Numbered from the stretch's first letter, positions 1 to 8,873 are shown. The stretch: 48,768 nucleotides of DNA from an uncultured bacterium (GCA_965364445.1 CBDTXM010000003.1:1-48768); one strand, 5' to 3'. Notes: generated by a model not told the origin, from the letters alone. Numbers and translations are program-made.

Positions 1-168
1 TCTGATCTCGACCTGCATGTCTTTCGTCAGCGTGATCGACGCCGTAGCGGTCAGAACGGGGTCCTTCGCCTTCTTGCTGTTCCCCTGCGCGAAGCAGGGA
101 GCCGCAGCGGTCGCGCACAGCGTGGCGCCCAGCACAAGGCTGACGAGGAGGCTACGATTTGCATGCAT
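1..168 (-). CDS. Secreted protein, N-terminal part (runs off the left edge)
   Basis: Not in the ORF track. ATG at 168 with a GGAG RBS at 177-180. Translates MHANRSLLVSLVLGATLCATAAAPCFAQGNSKKAKDPVL..., a Sec signal peptide, open to position 1. Confidence 0.7.
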   Translation of the reverse strand, partial: MHANRSLLVSLVLGATLCATAAAPCFAQGNSKKAKDPVLTATASITLTKDMQVEIR

Positions 169-325
169 GGCGGTAACTCCCTGCCGATAGTCCGGGACGA
201 AAAGGCCTCGGTCTGCATTCGAGCACCAGAGAGAGCAGCATCCGTGCCGCCGTATTCACGATGTGATCCAGCAGGTTCGTCACCCTCTGCTTGGCAATCA
301 AGACCTCTCTGGCGATCTTCTGCGC

Positions 326-2419
326 ATGTCCAACGACACCCACGGCTACCAGCGGCTGTTCGCCGAGCTCAAGCGACGCCAGGTCTTCAAGGTGACCGCC
401 ATCTACGGGGCGGTTTCCTTCGGCATCCTGCAGGTGGCCGATCCGCTGGCCGGTGCGCTCGACCTCCCCGACACGTTCCTGCGTCTTGTCGTCGCACTTC
501 TGCTGTTGGGATTCCCGGTCGCCCTGGTGCTCGCCTGGGCGTTCGAACTCACGCCGGAGGGCGTGCGAAAGGCGGAGTCTGCGGCGCCGGGCGAGATTGA
601 AGCGATCGTCTCACAGCCCGCCTCCCGGCGCTGGCCCGCGGGTCTCCTGGCACTGGCCGGGATCGTAGCCCTGGTGGTTGGATCCGTCTGGGTGGGGAGA
701 CAGACAGCCCCCGTCCGGAATCTGAACTTCGCCGTTCCCGAGGCCCACGCATCGGATGTGTCCACGCTGGCGATCCTGCCGTTCGAGAACGTGGGGGACG
801 ACGAGGATAACGAGGTCCTCGCCTCGGGGCTGCACATGGACCTGCAGGATCAACTCGGTCGCCTGTCCGCACTGCGAGTCACCTCACCGATGTCGGTTCG
901 CGAGTACGAGGCGACGGAGAAGGGAGACCAGGAGATCGCCACCGAGCTCGGGGTCGACTACCTCCTGCGCGGCAGCGTGCGCCGCTCTGGAAGCAGGGCC
1001 CGCATCTTCGTGCAGCTCGTGGACGCGGAGACGAGCGAGAACCTGTGGACCGATCAATTCGACCGTGAAGTCACGGCGGAGACTCTGTTCGACATCCAGT
1101 CGGACATCGCACGGCAGGTGGCGGGGCAGCTGGCGAGCGAGCTCAGCCCGTCCGATCTCGCCGCGCTCGACGCCGGGCCGCCGAGTGATGACCTGGCGGC
1201 GCTCGCAGCATACAATCGGGCGCGCGAGGTGGCTTACACGCCTGGACGAGGGGACGAGTTCGAAGACGCGATAGTCTACGCGGAGCGGGCCGTCGAATTG
1301 GACCCGGAATTCGTGAGTGCCTGGGCATTCCTCTCTCGGCTTCGAACATCCAACGCGTATGGAGGCAACGCGGAGGCCGGGCCGGCCCTGGAGGCCGTGA
1401 TCCGGACCGAGGACCTCGCGCCCGGGAGCGTCGAGGCGATCACCGCCCGGGCGGTCTACACGGCCTACGTGGAGCAGGAGTATTCGACGGGACTCGAGCA
1501 ACTCCTGGAGGCCGAGCGTCTCGCTCCGTCCGACGCTGACCTTTCCAGTTCGATTGCCGCTCTCCATCGCCGTCTCGGGCAGTGGGACGAAGCGGTGTCC
1601 GCTCACCGACGGGCGCTCGAGCTGAACCCCCGGAGTCCAGCGTTTCTCAGTGGATACGCATACACCCTGCAATCGCTGGGGCGGTTCGTTGCGGCGGACC
1701 GGGTACTCGAGCGTGCCTTACAGGTCAGCCCGTCGATACCGAATGTCCGAGCTGAAAAGGTCTGGTCCACATTCCTGAGCACCGGCGATGCCGACCGGGC
1801 GCGGAGCCTGGCGGCCGAGCTCGGGCTGGATCCGACCGAGTACGTAGAAGCCTCTACCCTCTTTCGCCTGGCCTTGTACGGCGGCGACCTCGAAGCGGCC
1901 TCCCGTTTCGCCGACCGCCTTCCGCGCAGAGAGTCGGACCTCGGCGAGCTGGATCGACTGTGGCGCCGGGCATGGGTTGCGCGGCTCCGGGGTGAGGACA
2001 CCGAGGCGCTCGGCGATTCCCTGCTGGCGCTCGACTGGAGCAGCACCCAGGACTCCTGGGACGAGATGATGGAATTCATCGCCTACGCCATGAAGGGGGA
2101 CGAGGAGCGCGCCTGGCCGCTGCTGGACGAATCGATCCGGATCGCCCGGTCCCTTGACGACCGGTTTGCCTCGATCTACCAGCTCGGCAACGCCGCCTTT
2201 ATCGGCGCGATGTTCGGCCGAACAGAGGAATCGCTCGAACTGCTGGAAGAGATCGTGGACCTTCCTGGCAGCCATACCAGCCTCACGACTTTGCAGACCG
2301 ACCCGGCGTTCGACGCCCTGCGCGACGACCCGCGCTTCGAGGAGATCCTCGAGCGACGCAAGGCGTTCGAGGAGCAGGCCGATCGCGACGCGGAAGCGGA
2401 CCGGCCCTGGCTGCCGTAG
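326..2419 (+). CDS. Membrane protein with TolB-like domain and TPR repeats
   Basis: N-terminal 'LFAELKRRQVFK' plus 3 TM helices, TolB-like 'LAILPFEN...ELGVDYLLRGSVRR', then TPRs (AVELDPEF, ALELNPRS) and a C-terminal 'DPAFDALRDDPRF'. Start moved to ATG 326. Confidence 0.85.
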   Translation: MSNDTHGYQRLFAELKRRQVFKVTAIYGAVSFGILQVADPLAGALDLPDTFLRLVVALLLLGFPVALVLAWAFELTPEGVRKAESAAPGEIEAIVSQPASRRWPAGLLALAGIVALVVGSVWVGRQTAPVRNLNFAVPEAHASDVSTLAILPFENVGDDEDNEVLASGLHMDLQDQLGRLSALRVTSPMSVREYEATEKGDQEIATELGVDYLLRGSVRRSGSRARIFVQLVDAETSENLWTDQFDREVTAETLFDIQSDIARQVAGQLASELSPSDLAALDAGPPSDDLAALAAYNRAREVAYTPGRGDEFEDAIVYAERAVELDPEFVSAWAFLSRLRTSNAYGGNAEAGPALEAVIRTEDLAPGSVEAITARAVYTAYVEQEYSTGLEQLLEAERLAPSDADLSSSIAALHRRLGQWDEAVSAHRRALELNPRSPAFLSGYAYTLQSLGRFVAADRVLERALQVSPSIPNVRAEKVWSTFLSTGDADRARSLAAELGLDPTEYVEASTLFRLALYGGDLEAASRFADRLPRRESDLGELDRLWRRAWVARLRGEDTEALGDSLLALDWSSTQDSWDEMMEFIAYAMKGDEERAWPLLDESIRIARSLDDRFASIYQLGNAAFIGAMFGRTEESLELLEEIVDLPGSHTSLTTLQTDPAFDALRDDPRFEEILERRKAFEEQADRDAEADRPWLP

Positions 2420-2495
2420 AATTGTTCGGACCGCAGGACAGGCGCTCCCGGCCAACGCACGAACATCGAACCGTCGGACGCAGGAGACACGCTCG

Positions 2496-3230
2496 ATGAC
2501 TCGACAGACCCCCGAACCGGCCAGCACCTGGGTCGTTGTGCTTCTCACGATAGCCGCTCTCGCGGCCGCGACCGGAGCTGTCTTCTGGTGGCATGGCCCT
2601 CTCGGACTGGCTGCCCTGGTGACCGGTGCGTACGTGCTGCATCTGATCGCGATCCGCGTCTCGGCCACCGAAGCTGCGGCTCAGCATGGCGAGCTGGCGA
2701 AGCGAGAGGCCCGGGAATTGGAGCGCGAGTACGAGCGCAAACTGCTCGACGCCGACCTGGTTCGGTCAGAGCTCGATGCGGACCGGGTTCGGCTCCAGAA
2801 ACAGTGGGATCACCTGAAGGGCCTCGTCGAAGAGCGGGAGTCGAAGAGGCGCACGGTACGGGAGTTCGAGCGTGAGCTCGAGACGGTTCGGAAAGAGGCC
2901 GCCGAGTCACTCGCCGCCGCCCGACGCTCCGCGGCCAGCAAGGAGGAACGCGAGAGAGAACTCGAGGCTCGCATCGAGGAGCTCGAGAGCGAACAGGAGC
3001 GCGCCCTGGAGCGCGAGACGGAAATGCTGGCGCTGACCCGGCAGATCGAGGAGCTCGAGTCGGCACAGGAAGAAGCGGAGCTGGCGCTTCGTGAGGTCGC
3101 CTTGCGCCACCCCACGTCCGGACGGGCCGCGGCCGCGATCGCGGCCGGAGTCCATTCGCCCACGTCTCAACGATTGAGGGCGTGGCAGTTCATCTCGCAC
3201 CGGCAGAAGCAGACCCGTCGGTCAGTCTGA
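2496..3230 (+). CDS. Two-TM membrane-anchored coiled-coil protein
   Basis: AGGAG RBS before ATG 2496. Two hydrophobic helices, then a long E/R/L heptad-rich segment. Confidence 0.7.
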   Translation: MTRQTPEPASTWVVVLLTIAALAAATGAVFWWHGPLGLAALVTGAYVLHLIAIRVSATEAAAQHGELAKREARELEREYERKLLDADLVRSELDADRVRLQKQWDHLKGLVEERESKRRTVREFERELETVRKEAAESLAAARRSAASKEERERELEARIEELESEQERALERETEMLALTRQIEELESAQEEAELALREVALRHPTSGRAAAAIAAGVHSPTSQRLRAWQFISHRQKQTRRSV

Positions 3231-3258
3231 TTGACGGCTGTAGGATTCCGGGCGCGAC

Positions 3259-3280
3259 AAAGCCGCCCGGAGGCGGCTTC
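3259..3280. terminator. Hairpin, likely intrinsic terminator between convergent genes
   Basis: AAGCCGCC-CGGA-GGCGGCTT, followed by TTTGT on the minus strand. Confidence 0.6.
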
Positions 3281-3332
3281 ATCATGTTGGGTGGATCGAC
3301 CCGGCCCGTGCCGGGACTCTCCGCTGTTCTCC

Positions 3333-3473
3333 TCAGCTGCCTCTCTTCAGGCTCAGCCGATCCCGCCATGCGCAGTAGCCGCAGCGAGCGAAGAAGAAGG
3401 TGATCGCGTGGAGCATGCCGGCAATCGCCAGCAGTCCGAGAAAATATACGCCCTGTTCGATCGGCCAGTTCAT
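3333..3473 (-). CDS. Small single-TM protein (46 aa) with CxxC
   Basis: Below the ORF-track cutoff. GAGGGGG RBS, then MNWPIEQGVYFLGLLAIAGMLHAITFFFARCGYCAWRDRLSLKRGS*. Terminator downstream. Confidence 0.55.
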   Translation of the reverse strand: MNWPIEQGVYFLGLLAIAGMLHAITFFFARCGYCAWRDRLSLKRGS

Positions 3474-3568
3474 GAGTCCCCCTCGGGGCCCGCGTCGGTG
3501 TGCTCTGCACGGGTCGTTCTATGGTCATGGCGGCGGTCGCGTACCGCCTCCGCACGGGCGGAAGACGT

Positions 3569-3584
3569 CGCAGGTTCCATGCCG
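3569..3584 (-). promoter_or_regulatory. Candidate sigma54 (-24/-12) promoter
   Basis: Minus strand CGGCATGGAACCTGCG has GG-N10-GC spacing, close to TGGCACG-N4-TTGC. Confidence 0.4.
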
Positions 3585-3658
3585 ATCGGTACGGTTGTAC
3601 CGAATTGCGCACACTTCGTCACGAGAAGCCGCCGCGCGTCGCGGGAGATTCACGATTC

Positions 3659-3734
3659 GTGCATGATTTATGCACCATTGGGTGGGCTGAAAGGGTCGGC
3701 CAGGCTGTCTTGAAATTGTGACGAACTGTCACAA
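3659..3734. promoter_or_regulatory. Two perfect palindromes (candidate activator sites)
   Basis: GTGCAT-GATTT-ATGCAC (3659-3675) and TTGTGAC-GAACT-GTCACAA (3716-3734) in a locally AT-richer intergenic stretch. Confidence 0.5.
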
Positions 3735-3760
3735 GCCCGGTTAGAAATGCACCGCTTGTA

Positions 3761-4522
3761 TCATCCGGGTACGTTATCGATCAGCCGGATTCCACCGATT
3801 CGTACGGCCGCCAGAAGTCGTCCGTCCCGCCGTTCCAGGTAGTCGAGATCGAATCCCGCCGCTTCCAGGCCGGCGCGAACCTCCTCGGGAGTTCCGCCGG
3901 CACGGAGAATCGAGGCGAACTCGGCCGCCCGTCTGCGCGACTGCGGGTCGAGTCGCACGTTTCGCGAGCTCATCGCGAGCCCGTCTTCTTCGCGCACGAT
4001 GGGACAGCCGACGATTTCGGTATCGACAAACAGGGCGTCCACCATACCGCGCACCAGCTGCAGCTGCTGCCAGTCCTTCTCGCCAAAATAGGCGCGATCC
4101 GGTCTGACGAGCAGCAGAAGCTTGAGAACGACGGTGAGGACTCCATCGAAGTGACCGGGCCGGTGAGCTCCTTCGAGTTCGCGGCTCCGGGAATCCTCGA
4201 CGACCCTGTAGCGGTACCCGTCCGGGTAGATTGCCTCGGGGCTCGGAACGAACAGGGCATCGACGCCCTCGGCCTCGAGCACTGCCCCGTCACGATCGAG
4301 ATCGCGCGGGTAGGCATCGAGGTCTTCCTTGTCGTCGAACTGGGTGGGATTGACCAGGATGCTTACCGCGGTCCGGTCGTTCTCTGCCACGCTCCGCCGC
4401 ACCAGCGACAGGTGTCCCTCGTGAAGTGCGCCCATGGTCGGAATGAATCCGACGGTCTCTCCGGCGTCCGCCCACCCCTGCCGGGTGACGCGCCACTCAT
4501 CCGGAGTGCGGACGAGCTTCAC
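3761..4522 (-). CDS. panC: Pantoate--beta-alanine ligase
   Basis: PTMGALHEGH, NPTQF, RPGHFDGV, FGEKDWQQ, GLAMSSRN, RLIDN. GTG start overlaps the panB stop (GTGA). Confidence 0.96.
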   Translation of the reverse strand: MKLVRTPDEWRVTRQGWADAGETVGFIPTMGALHEGHLSLVRRSVAENDRTAVSILVNPTQFDDKEDLDAYPRDLDRDGAVLEAEGVDALFVPSPEAIYPDGYRYRVVEDSRSRELEGAHRPGHFDGVLTVVLKLLLLVRPDRAYFGEKDWQQLQLVRGMVDALFVDTEIVGCPIVREEDGLAMSSRNVRLDPQSRRRAAEFASILRAGGTPEEVRAGLEAAGFDLDYLERRDGRLLAAVRIGGIRLIDNVPG

Positions 4523-5307
4523 TCGTACGATTCCTCCACGGAGGGGAACTCGCCGTTCTTCACGGCCTCGTCGAAGGCAGTCACGGCGTCGAGGATCGTG
4601 CCGTAGCCATCGGCGAACGCGCGGACGAACTTCGGCTTCACCTCGCGCTGCAGTCCGGCCAGGTCGTGAAGCACCAGCACCTGGCCGTCCACGTGCGGTC
4701 CGGCCCCGATTCCAATCGTCGGAATCGAGACAGTCCCGGTGATCGCGCGAGCCACGTCCGACGGCACACCCTCCACCACGATCGAAAAACAGCCGGCTTC
4801 CTCGAGCTTGCGGGCTTCCTCCACCACTCGGGCGGCTGCGGGGTCGCTCCGCCCCTGCACCCGGTACCCACCGAACGCGTTCACCGACTGCGGAGTCAGT
4901 CCGACGTGTCCCATCACCGGCACGCCCGAGCCCGTGATGTGCCGGACGACCTCCTCGTGCCCCTCGAGTCCCTCGAGTTTCACGGCATGCGCCCCTGCCG
5001 TCAGAAAGCTGTCCACCACCTGCATCGCGGCCGCGACTCCCATCCGGTGGGATGGAAACGGCATGTCTCCGATGAGGAACTTCCCGGGAGCGCCGCGGGA
5101 AACGGCAGCGATGTGAAGGGACATCACCTCCGGCGTGGCCGGTATCGTCGTCGGGTGCCCGTGCATGATCATCGCGGCACTGTCGCCGACGAGGATCGCA
5201 TCCACGGGGGACGCCTCGAGGATCCGGGCCGACCACCAGTCGTAGCAGGTCGTCAGACTGAGCTTGCGGCTCTCGCGTTTCGCGGCGGCGAAGTCATGCA
5301 CGTTCAC
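4519..5307 (-). CDS. panB: 3-methyl-2-oxobutanoate hydroxymethyltransferase
   Basis: ILVGDS, GDMPF, AVKLEG, GHVGLTPQS, TIGIGAG, DGQVLVLHD. Confidence 0.97.
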   Translation of the reverse strand: MNVHDFAAAKRESRKLSLTTCYDWWSARILEASPVDAILVGDSAAMIMHGHPTTIPATPEVMSLHIAAVSRGAPGKFLIGDMPFPSHRMGVAAAMQVVDSFLTAGAHAVKLEGLEGHEEVVRHITGSGVPVMGHVGLTPQSVNAFGGYRVQGRSDPAAARVVEEARKLEEAGCFSIVVEGVPSDVARAITGTVSIPTIGIGAGPHVDGQVLVLHDLAGLQREVKPKFVRAFADGYGTILDAVTAFDEAVKNGEFPSVEESYE

Positions 5308-6041
5308 TCGGTCGTCTCCGGTTCCTTGTCGAGCATCCCGGGGCGCGCCGCCTCGACGATCGCACGATAGACATCGCTCCAGGCATCACCCTCGAGCGCT
5401 GTCAGGTTCGCCTCGATCGTCCGTCGGTCGCCCCGTGCCAGCGGTCCCGTCAGCGCGCCGGGACCGTGCTCCGCGACATTCGCGCAGGTCCGCTCCAGGT
5501 AGGGAATCGCTGCCTCGGGCGGCACGCCCAGCTCGCGGAAGATCTCCATCGCCCGGTTCCACAGCAACGTGCTGAAGTTTCCTCCCATCACGCAGGCCGC
5601 ATGGTAGAGGGGTCTCCGGTCGGAGGCGATCGTCCAGCTGGGGTTGGCGAGATCCGGAAACACCTGTTCGAATGACGGTCCTTCCTCGTCACAGACGAAC
5701 GGGATCGTCGGATACACATCGTCGGGGTAGAGCTCGGGCCCGAACGTATAGAGGGGGTGCATGGCGTGTGCGAGTGTCGTCTGCAGGCTCCCCGAAGCGT
5801 GGATCAGCGTGCGTCCGGTGAAATCCGTCCGCTCGAGGAATGGCTCGATCGCATCGTCGCGTATCCACAGGAGAACGACCTGACAGCCGGCCAGCGCCAA
5901 CTCCGGATCGGTGCCGGCGCTCCGCGTCCAGCGGCGCACTTCGAGCCCGAGGGATTCGAGGTAGTGGCCGAGATGCCGCGCGACCCGGCCGCCCCCCACG
6001 ATTCCGTACGGAGCGGCCGCGGACCCCGGCCGATCGGTCAC
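5304..6041 (-). CDS. panG: Rossmann-like/DUF2520 oxidoreductase, PanG-type ketopantoate reductase
   Basis: GIVGGGRV, HASGS, HPLYTF, LYHAACV, ALTGPLARGD. Sits inside the pan operon. Confidence 0.75.
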   Translation of the reverse strand: MTDRPGSAAAPYGIVGGGRVARHLGHYLESLGLEVRRWTRSAGTDPELALAGCQVVLLWIRDDAIEPFLERTDFTGRTLIHASGSLQTTLAHAMHPLYTFGPELYPDDVYPTIPFVCDEEGPSFEQVFPDLANPSWTIASDRRPLYHAACVMGGNFSTLLWNRAMEIFRELGVPPEAAIPYLERTCANVAEHGPGALTGPLARGDRRTIEANLTALEGDAWSDVYRAIVEAARPGMLDKEPETTE

Positions 6042-6042
6042 G

Positions 6043-6414
6043 TCAGGCGGGCAGCACCGTCGAAGGCTCTTCCACGAGATCGCGGACGAATCGGTTCTGT
6101 GCGTCCACGAGAATCGCCTTCGGCTCGAGAGGAACGGAGCTGAGCTCGAAGCCCATGATGATGACTTCGTCGCCCCGGTTGACCCTGTGTGCAGCGGCCC
6201 CGTTGATCTCCACGGCACCGGACCCGCGAGGTCCGGCGATCGTGTACGTCTCGATCCGGGCGCCGTTCGTGTTGTCCACGATCAACACCCGCTCGCCGGG
6301 CCAGAGCCCGACCCGGTCCATCAAATCCTCGTCGATCGTGACGCTGCCGACGTAATTCACGTCGGCTTCGGTCACGGTCGCCTTGTGTATCTTGGAACGC
6401 AGCACCCACCGCAT
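6043..6414 (-). CDS. panD: Aspartate 1-decarboxylase
   Basis: KIHKATVTEADVNYVGS (G/S cleavage), NGARIETY, INGAAAH. AAGGAG RBS. Confidence 0.97.
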   Translation of the reverse strand: MRWVLRSKIHKATVTEADVNYVGSVTIDEDLMDRVGLWPGERVLIVDNTNGARIETYTIAGPRGSGAVEINGAAAHRVNRGDEVIIMGFELSSVPLEPKAILVDAQNRFVRDLVEEPSTVLPA

Positions 6415-6562
6415 TCGCATTCTCCTTCCGAATTCCTGCCGGGTCCCGGCCGTCTCGACCGCCCCGGAATCTATGTCCTGTACCTGCCGGCCGCTCCCGA
6501 CTGCGCTCAGAAGCCCTGCCGCGCAGTCAGAACCCCGTGTCAGGCTTCGGGTTCCGCCTGAA

Positions 6563-7447
6563 TCAGGGCTCCAGCTGCGCCGGATCATGAACCATGATCT
6601 GGGGCGTGCCGCGGTGCAATTCGATCCTTCCGGCCACACATACGTGTCGTCCCCGCAATCCGGTTTCAGGACGACCCCCCATCAGGCGGCGCGCGCCGAT
6701 CGGGATCACGATGGTGAAGGGCTGGTCGGGGTATGGCCGCTCGAGGTTGAGGAAGGTGAGCCCATCGCCCCCCAGGTACCGTCCGTCGGCGACCAGGCCG
6801 CATACCGTCGCGACCGCACCTGCGTGCCGATTCGCGTCGAAGGCGTCGAGCCGCAGGCCGTCGCCGGGCCGGGCGTCGGACCCCTCCCGGCTCTGTTCGC
6901 TTCCCCGCTCCCGCAGCGAACCGTCGCCGAGCCGTCCGTCCCAGAGCCTGCGCCCCGCGGCGCGGGCTTCCGCTTCCGCCGCCCGAAGACGCTCCTGGTG
7001 ACGCACGTTCGGGGGGAAGCTGCGTGCGGCCGCGAACCCCTCCTGGACCAGCAGCTCGTTCACCAGGGTGTCGCCGATCCAGACGTAGGCGAGAAGTCGG
7101 CCGTAGGTGTCCCGGGACTGCACGTCCTGCTCGAGCCGAACCACCCGGCCCTCCACCAGCCGGCGGTTCGCATCCCGGGCCTCGCGTGCCAGCTCGAGCA
7201 CCGGCTCGCGGGTATCGCTCATTTCCGGGGTGTCGATTCCAATGTACCGGATCTTTTCGCTGCGCCCCGACAGGAGTGCCTCGATCGTGTCCCCGTCGTA
7301 CACTCGCGTGACTTCGGCCTCATCGCTGGGGCCGGGTCTCAGTTCGACGGCTGCCGCGGCGAGAAGTAGCGCGACGGCCGCTCCCACGAACAGCCAGCGC
7401 GAGGAAACCCGAGGCGCGATCCGGTTCTTCGAAGAGCCCTCTCTCAA
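6563..7447 (-). CDS. Thermonuclease (SNase) family protein with C-terminal OB-fold-like domain
   Basis: N-terminal TM/signal, DGDT, RYIGIDTPE, DTYGRLLAYV, then 'TFLNLERPYPDQPFTIVI'. Start uncertain. Confidence 0.85.
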   Translation of the reverse strand: MREGSSKNRIAPRVSSRWLFVGAAVALLLAAAAVELRPGPSDEAEVTRVYDGDTIEALLSGRSEKIRYIGIDTPEMSDTREPVLELAREARDANRRLVEGRVVRLEQDVQSRDTYGRLLAYVWIGDTLVNELLVQEGFAAARSFPPNVRHQERLRAAEAEARAAGRRLWDGRLGDGSLRERGSEQSREGSDARPGDGLRLDAFDANRHAGAVATVCGLVADGRYLGGDGLTFLNLERPYPDQPFTIVIPIGARRLMGGRPETGLRGRHVCVAGRIELHRGTPQIMVHDPAQLEP

Positions 7448-7470
7448 CTTTTCATCCCGTCGCGTGCACC

Positions 7471-7497
7471 TTATTATGATAATGTCATGTTAAAATG
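7471..7497. promoter_or_regulatory. AT-rich divergent promoter island
   Basis: TTATTATGATAATGTCATGTTAAAATG, with -10-like hexamers, between the nuclease and cytochrome genes. Confidence 0.45.
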
Positions 7498-7574
7498 AGG
7501 TCCCGTCGTCGTGGTGACGTGAGGATAGCCACCGAATACGGGGATCGCGACCCGAGATCGAGGAATGTACCGTC

Positions 7575-8837
7575 ATGTTCCCACGTAACGCTTTACTGCC
7601 TGCAGTGGTGATTGCGGCTGGCCTGCTCTTGCTCCGATCGGACGCTTCTGCACAGACATCGGATGCCTGCGTCGCATGCCACGCGAACGAGACGCCGCAG
7701 ATGGTCACCGACTGGAAGATCAGCCGACACGCCGAGCTCGGCATTGGCTGCGCCGCCTGTCACGGCACCCATTCCTCCGCCTCCGATACCGGAAATCTGC
7801 ACATGCCGACGCCCGAGACGTGCGGAACCTGCCACGCGGAGCGCGTAGCCGAATTCTCCGCCGGGAAACACGCGATCGCCTGGGCAGCTCTCACGGCGAT
7901 GCCGACCTTCCACGCGATGCCGGTCGCTCTCCGCGAAGGCATGAAGGGCTGCGGAGGATGCCACAAGATCGGCCTGAAGAGCGAGGCCGACCTGGCGGCT
8001 CTCAAGGAAGCGGGCGCCGGATACGGGAGGGCCTCCTGTGACGCATGCCATACCCGTCACACCTTCTCGGTGAAGGAGGCGCGGCAGCCCCAGGCCTGCC
8101 AGACCTGTCACATGGGATTCGACCACCCGCAGTGGGAGATGTACTCCTCCTCGAAGCATGGCGTTCGCTACCTGCTGAAGCAGAACGGCACCCTTCCGGA
8201 AGAGGTCGCGGCACCGACCTGTCAGACCTGCCACATGCCTGACGGAGACCACGAGGTGCGAACGGCGTGGGGCTTCCTCGCCGTCCGGCTGCCACTCTCG
8301 GAAGACCCCCGTTGGAAGGCCGATCAGGTGACGATCCTGCAGGCGCTGGGCGTCCTCGACCCGGAGGGGAACCCGACAGCGCGGCTCGACGTGGTGAAGG
8401 CGGCCGACGTGGCACGACTCACGCAGGAGGACTTCGACCGCGAGCGGAACGAGATGATCGGCGTCTGCAGCGATTGCCACTCCGAGAGCTTTGCCAGGGG
8501 CGAGCTGCAGCGCGGTGACGAGATGATCCGCGAGGCCGACCACCTGCTGGCAGAGGCGATCCGGGAGATCGCCGGGCTGTACGCCGACGGCTTGCTCGAG
8601 CGGCCCGAGGGATACGCCTACGACTTTCCTGATCTGCTCACCTTCCACGACGCTCCGACCGTGATCGAGCAGCGGCTGTTCGAGATGCACCTGAAGCACC
8701 GGATGCGAGCCTTTCAGGGCGTCTTCCACGCCAATCCGGACTATGCACTCTGGTACGGCTGGAGCGAGATGAAGCGGGACCTCACCGACATCCGGGCGAT
8801 GGCCCGGGAACTGAGGCACCGGCAAGGCGCCGAATAG
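7575..8837 (+). CDS. Octaheme c-type cytochrome, hydroxylamine oxidoreductase (HAO)-like family
   Basis: Sec signal and 8 CxxCH (CVACH, CAACH, CGTCH, CGGCH, CDACH, CQTCH, CQTCH, CSDCH). HAO-family motifs CHTRHTFS, GFDHPQWEMYSSSKHG, FHANPDY. Confidence 0.88.
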   Translation: MFPRNALLPAVVIAAGLLLLRSDASAQTSDACVACHANETPQMVTDWKISRHAELGIGCAACHGTHSSASDTGNLHMPTPETCGTCHAERVAEFSAGKHAIAWAALTAMPTFHAMPVALREGMKGCGGCHKIGLKSEADLAALKEAGAGYGRASCDACHTRHTFSVKEARQPQACQTCHMGFDHPQWEMYSSSKHGVRYLLKQNGTLPEEVAAPTCQTCHMPDGDHEVRTAWGFLAVRLPLSEDPRWKADQVTILQALGVLDPEGNPTARLDVVKAADVARLTQEDFDRERNEMIGVCSDCHSESFARGELQRGDEMIREADHLLAEAIREIAGLYADGLLERPEGYAYDFPDLLTFHDAPTVIEQRLFEMHLKHRMRAFQGVFHANPDYALWYGWSEMKRDLTDIRAMARELRHRQGAE

Positions 8838-8873
8838 AGAGACGGGAGGGCGCGGGGCGCGCTCTCGAGAACC

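Noticed and set aside
4523-5236. Long N-terminal extension of PanC in the ORF track
   Set aside because: It overlaps panB out of frame; the real start is GTG 4522 with GTGA coupling.
7575-8837. HAO as evidence of ammonia oxidation or anammox
   Set aside because: There are no amo, cycAB or hzs genes here, and HAO-like octahemes are widespread in non-nitrifiers.
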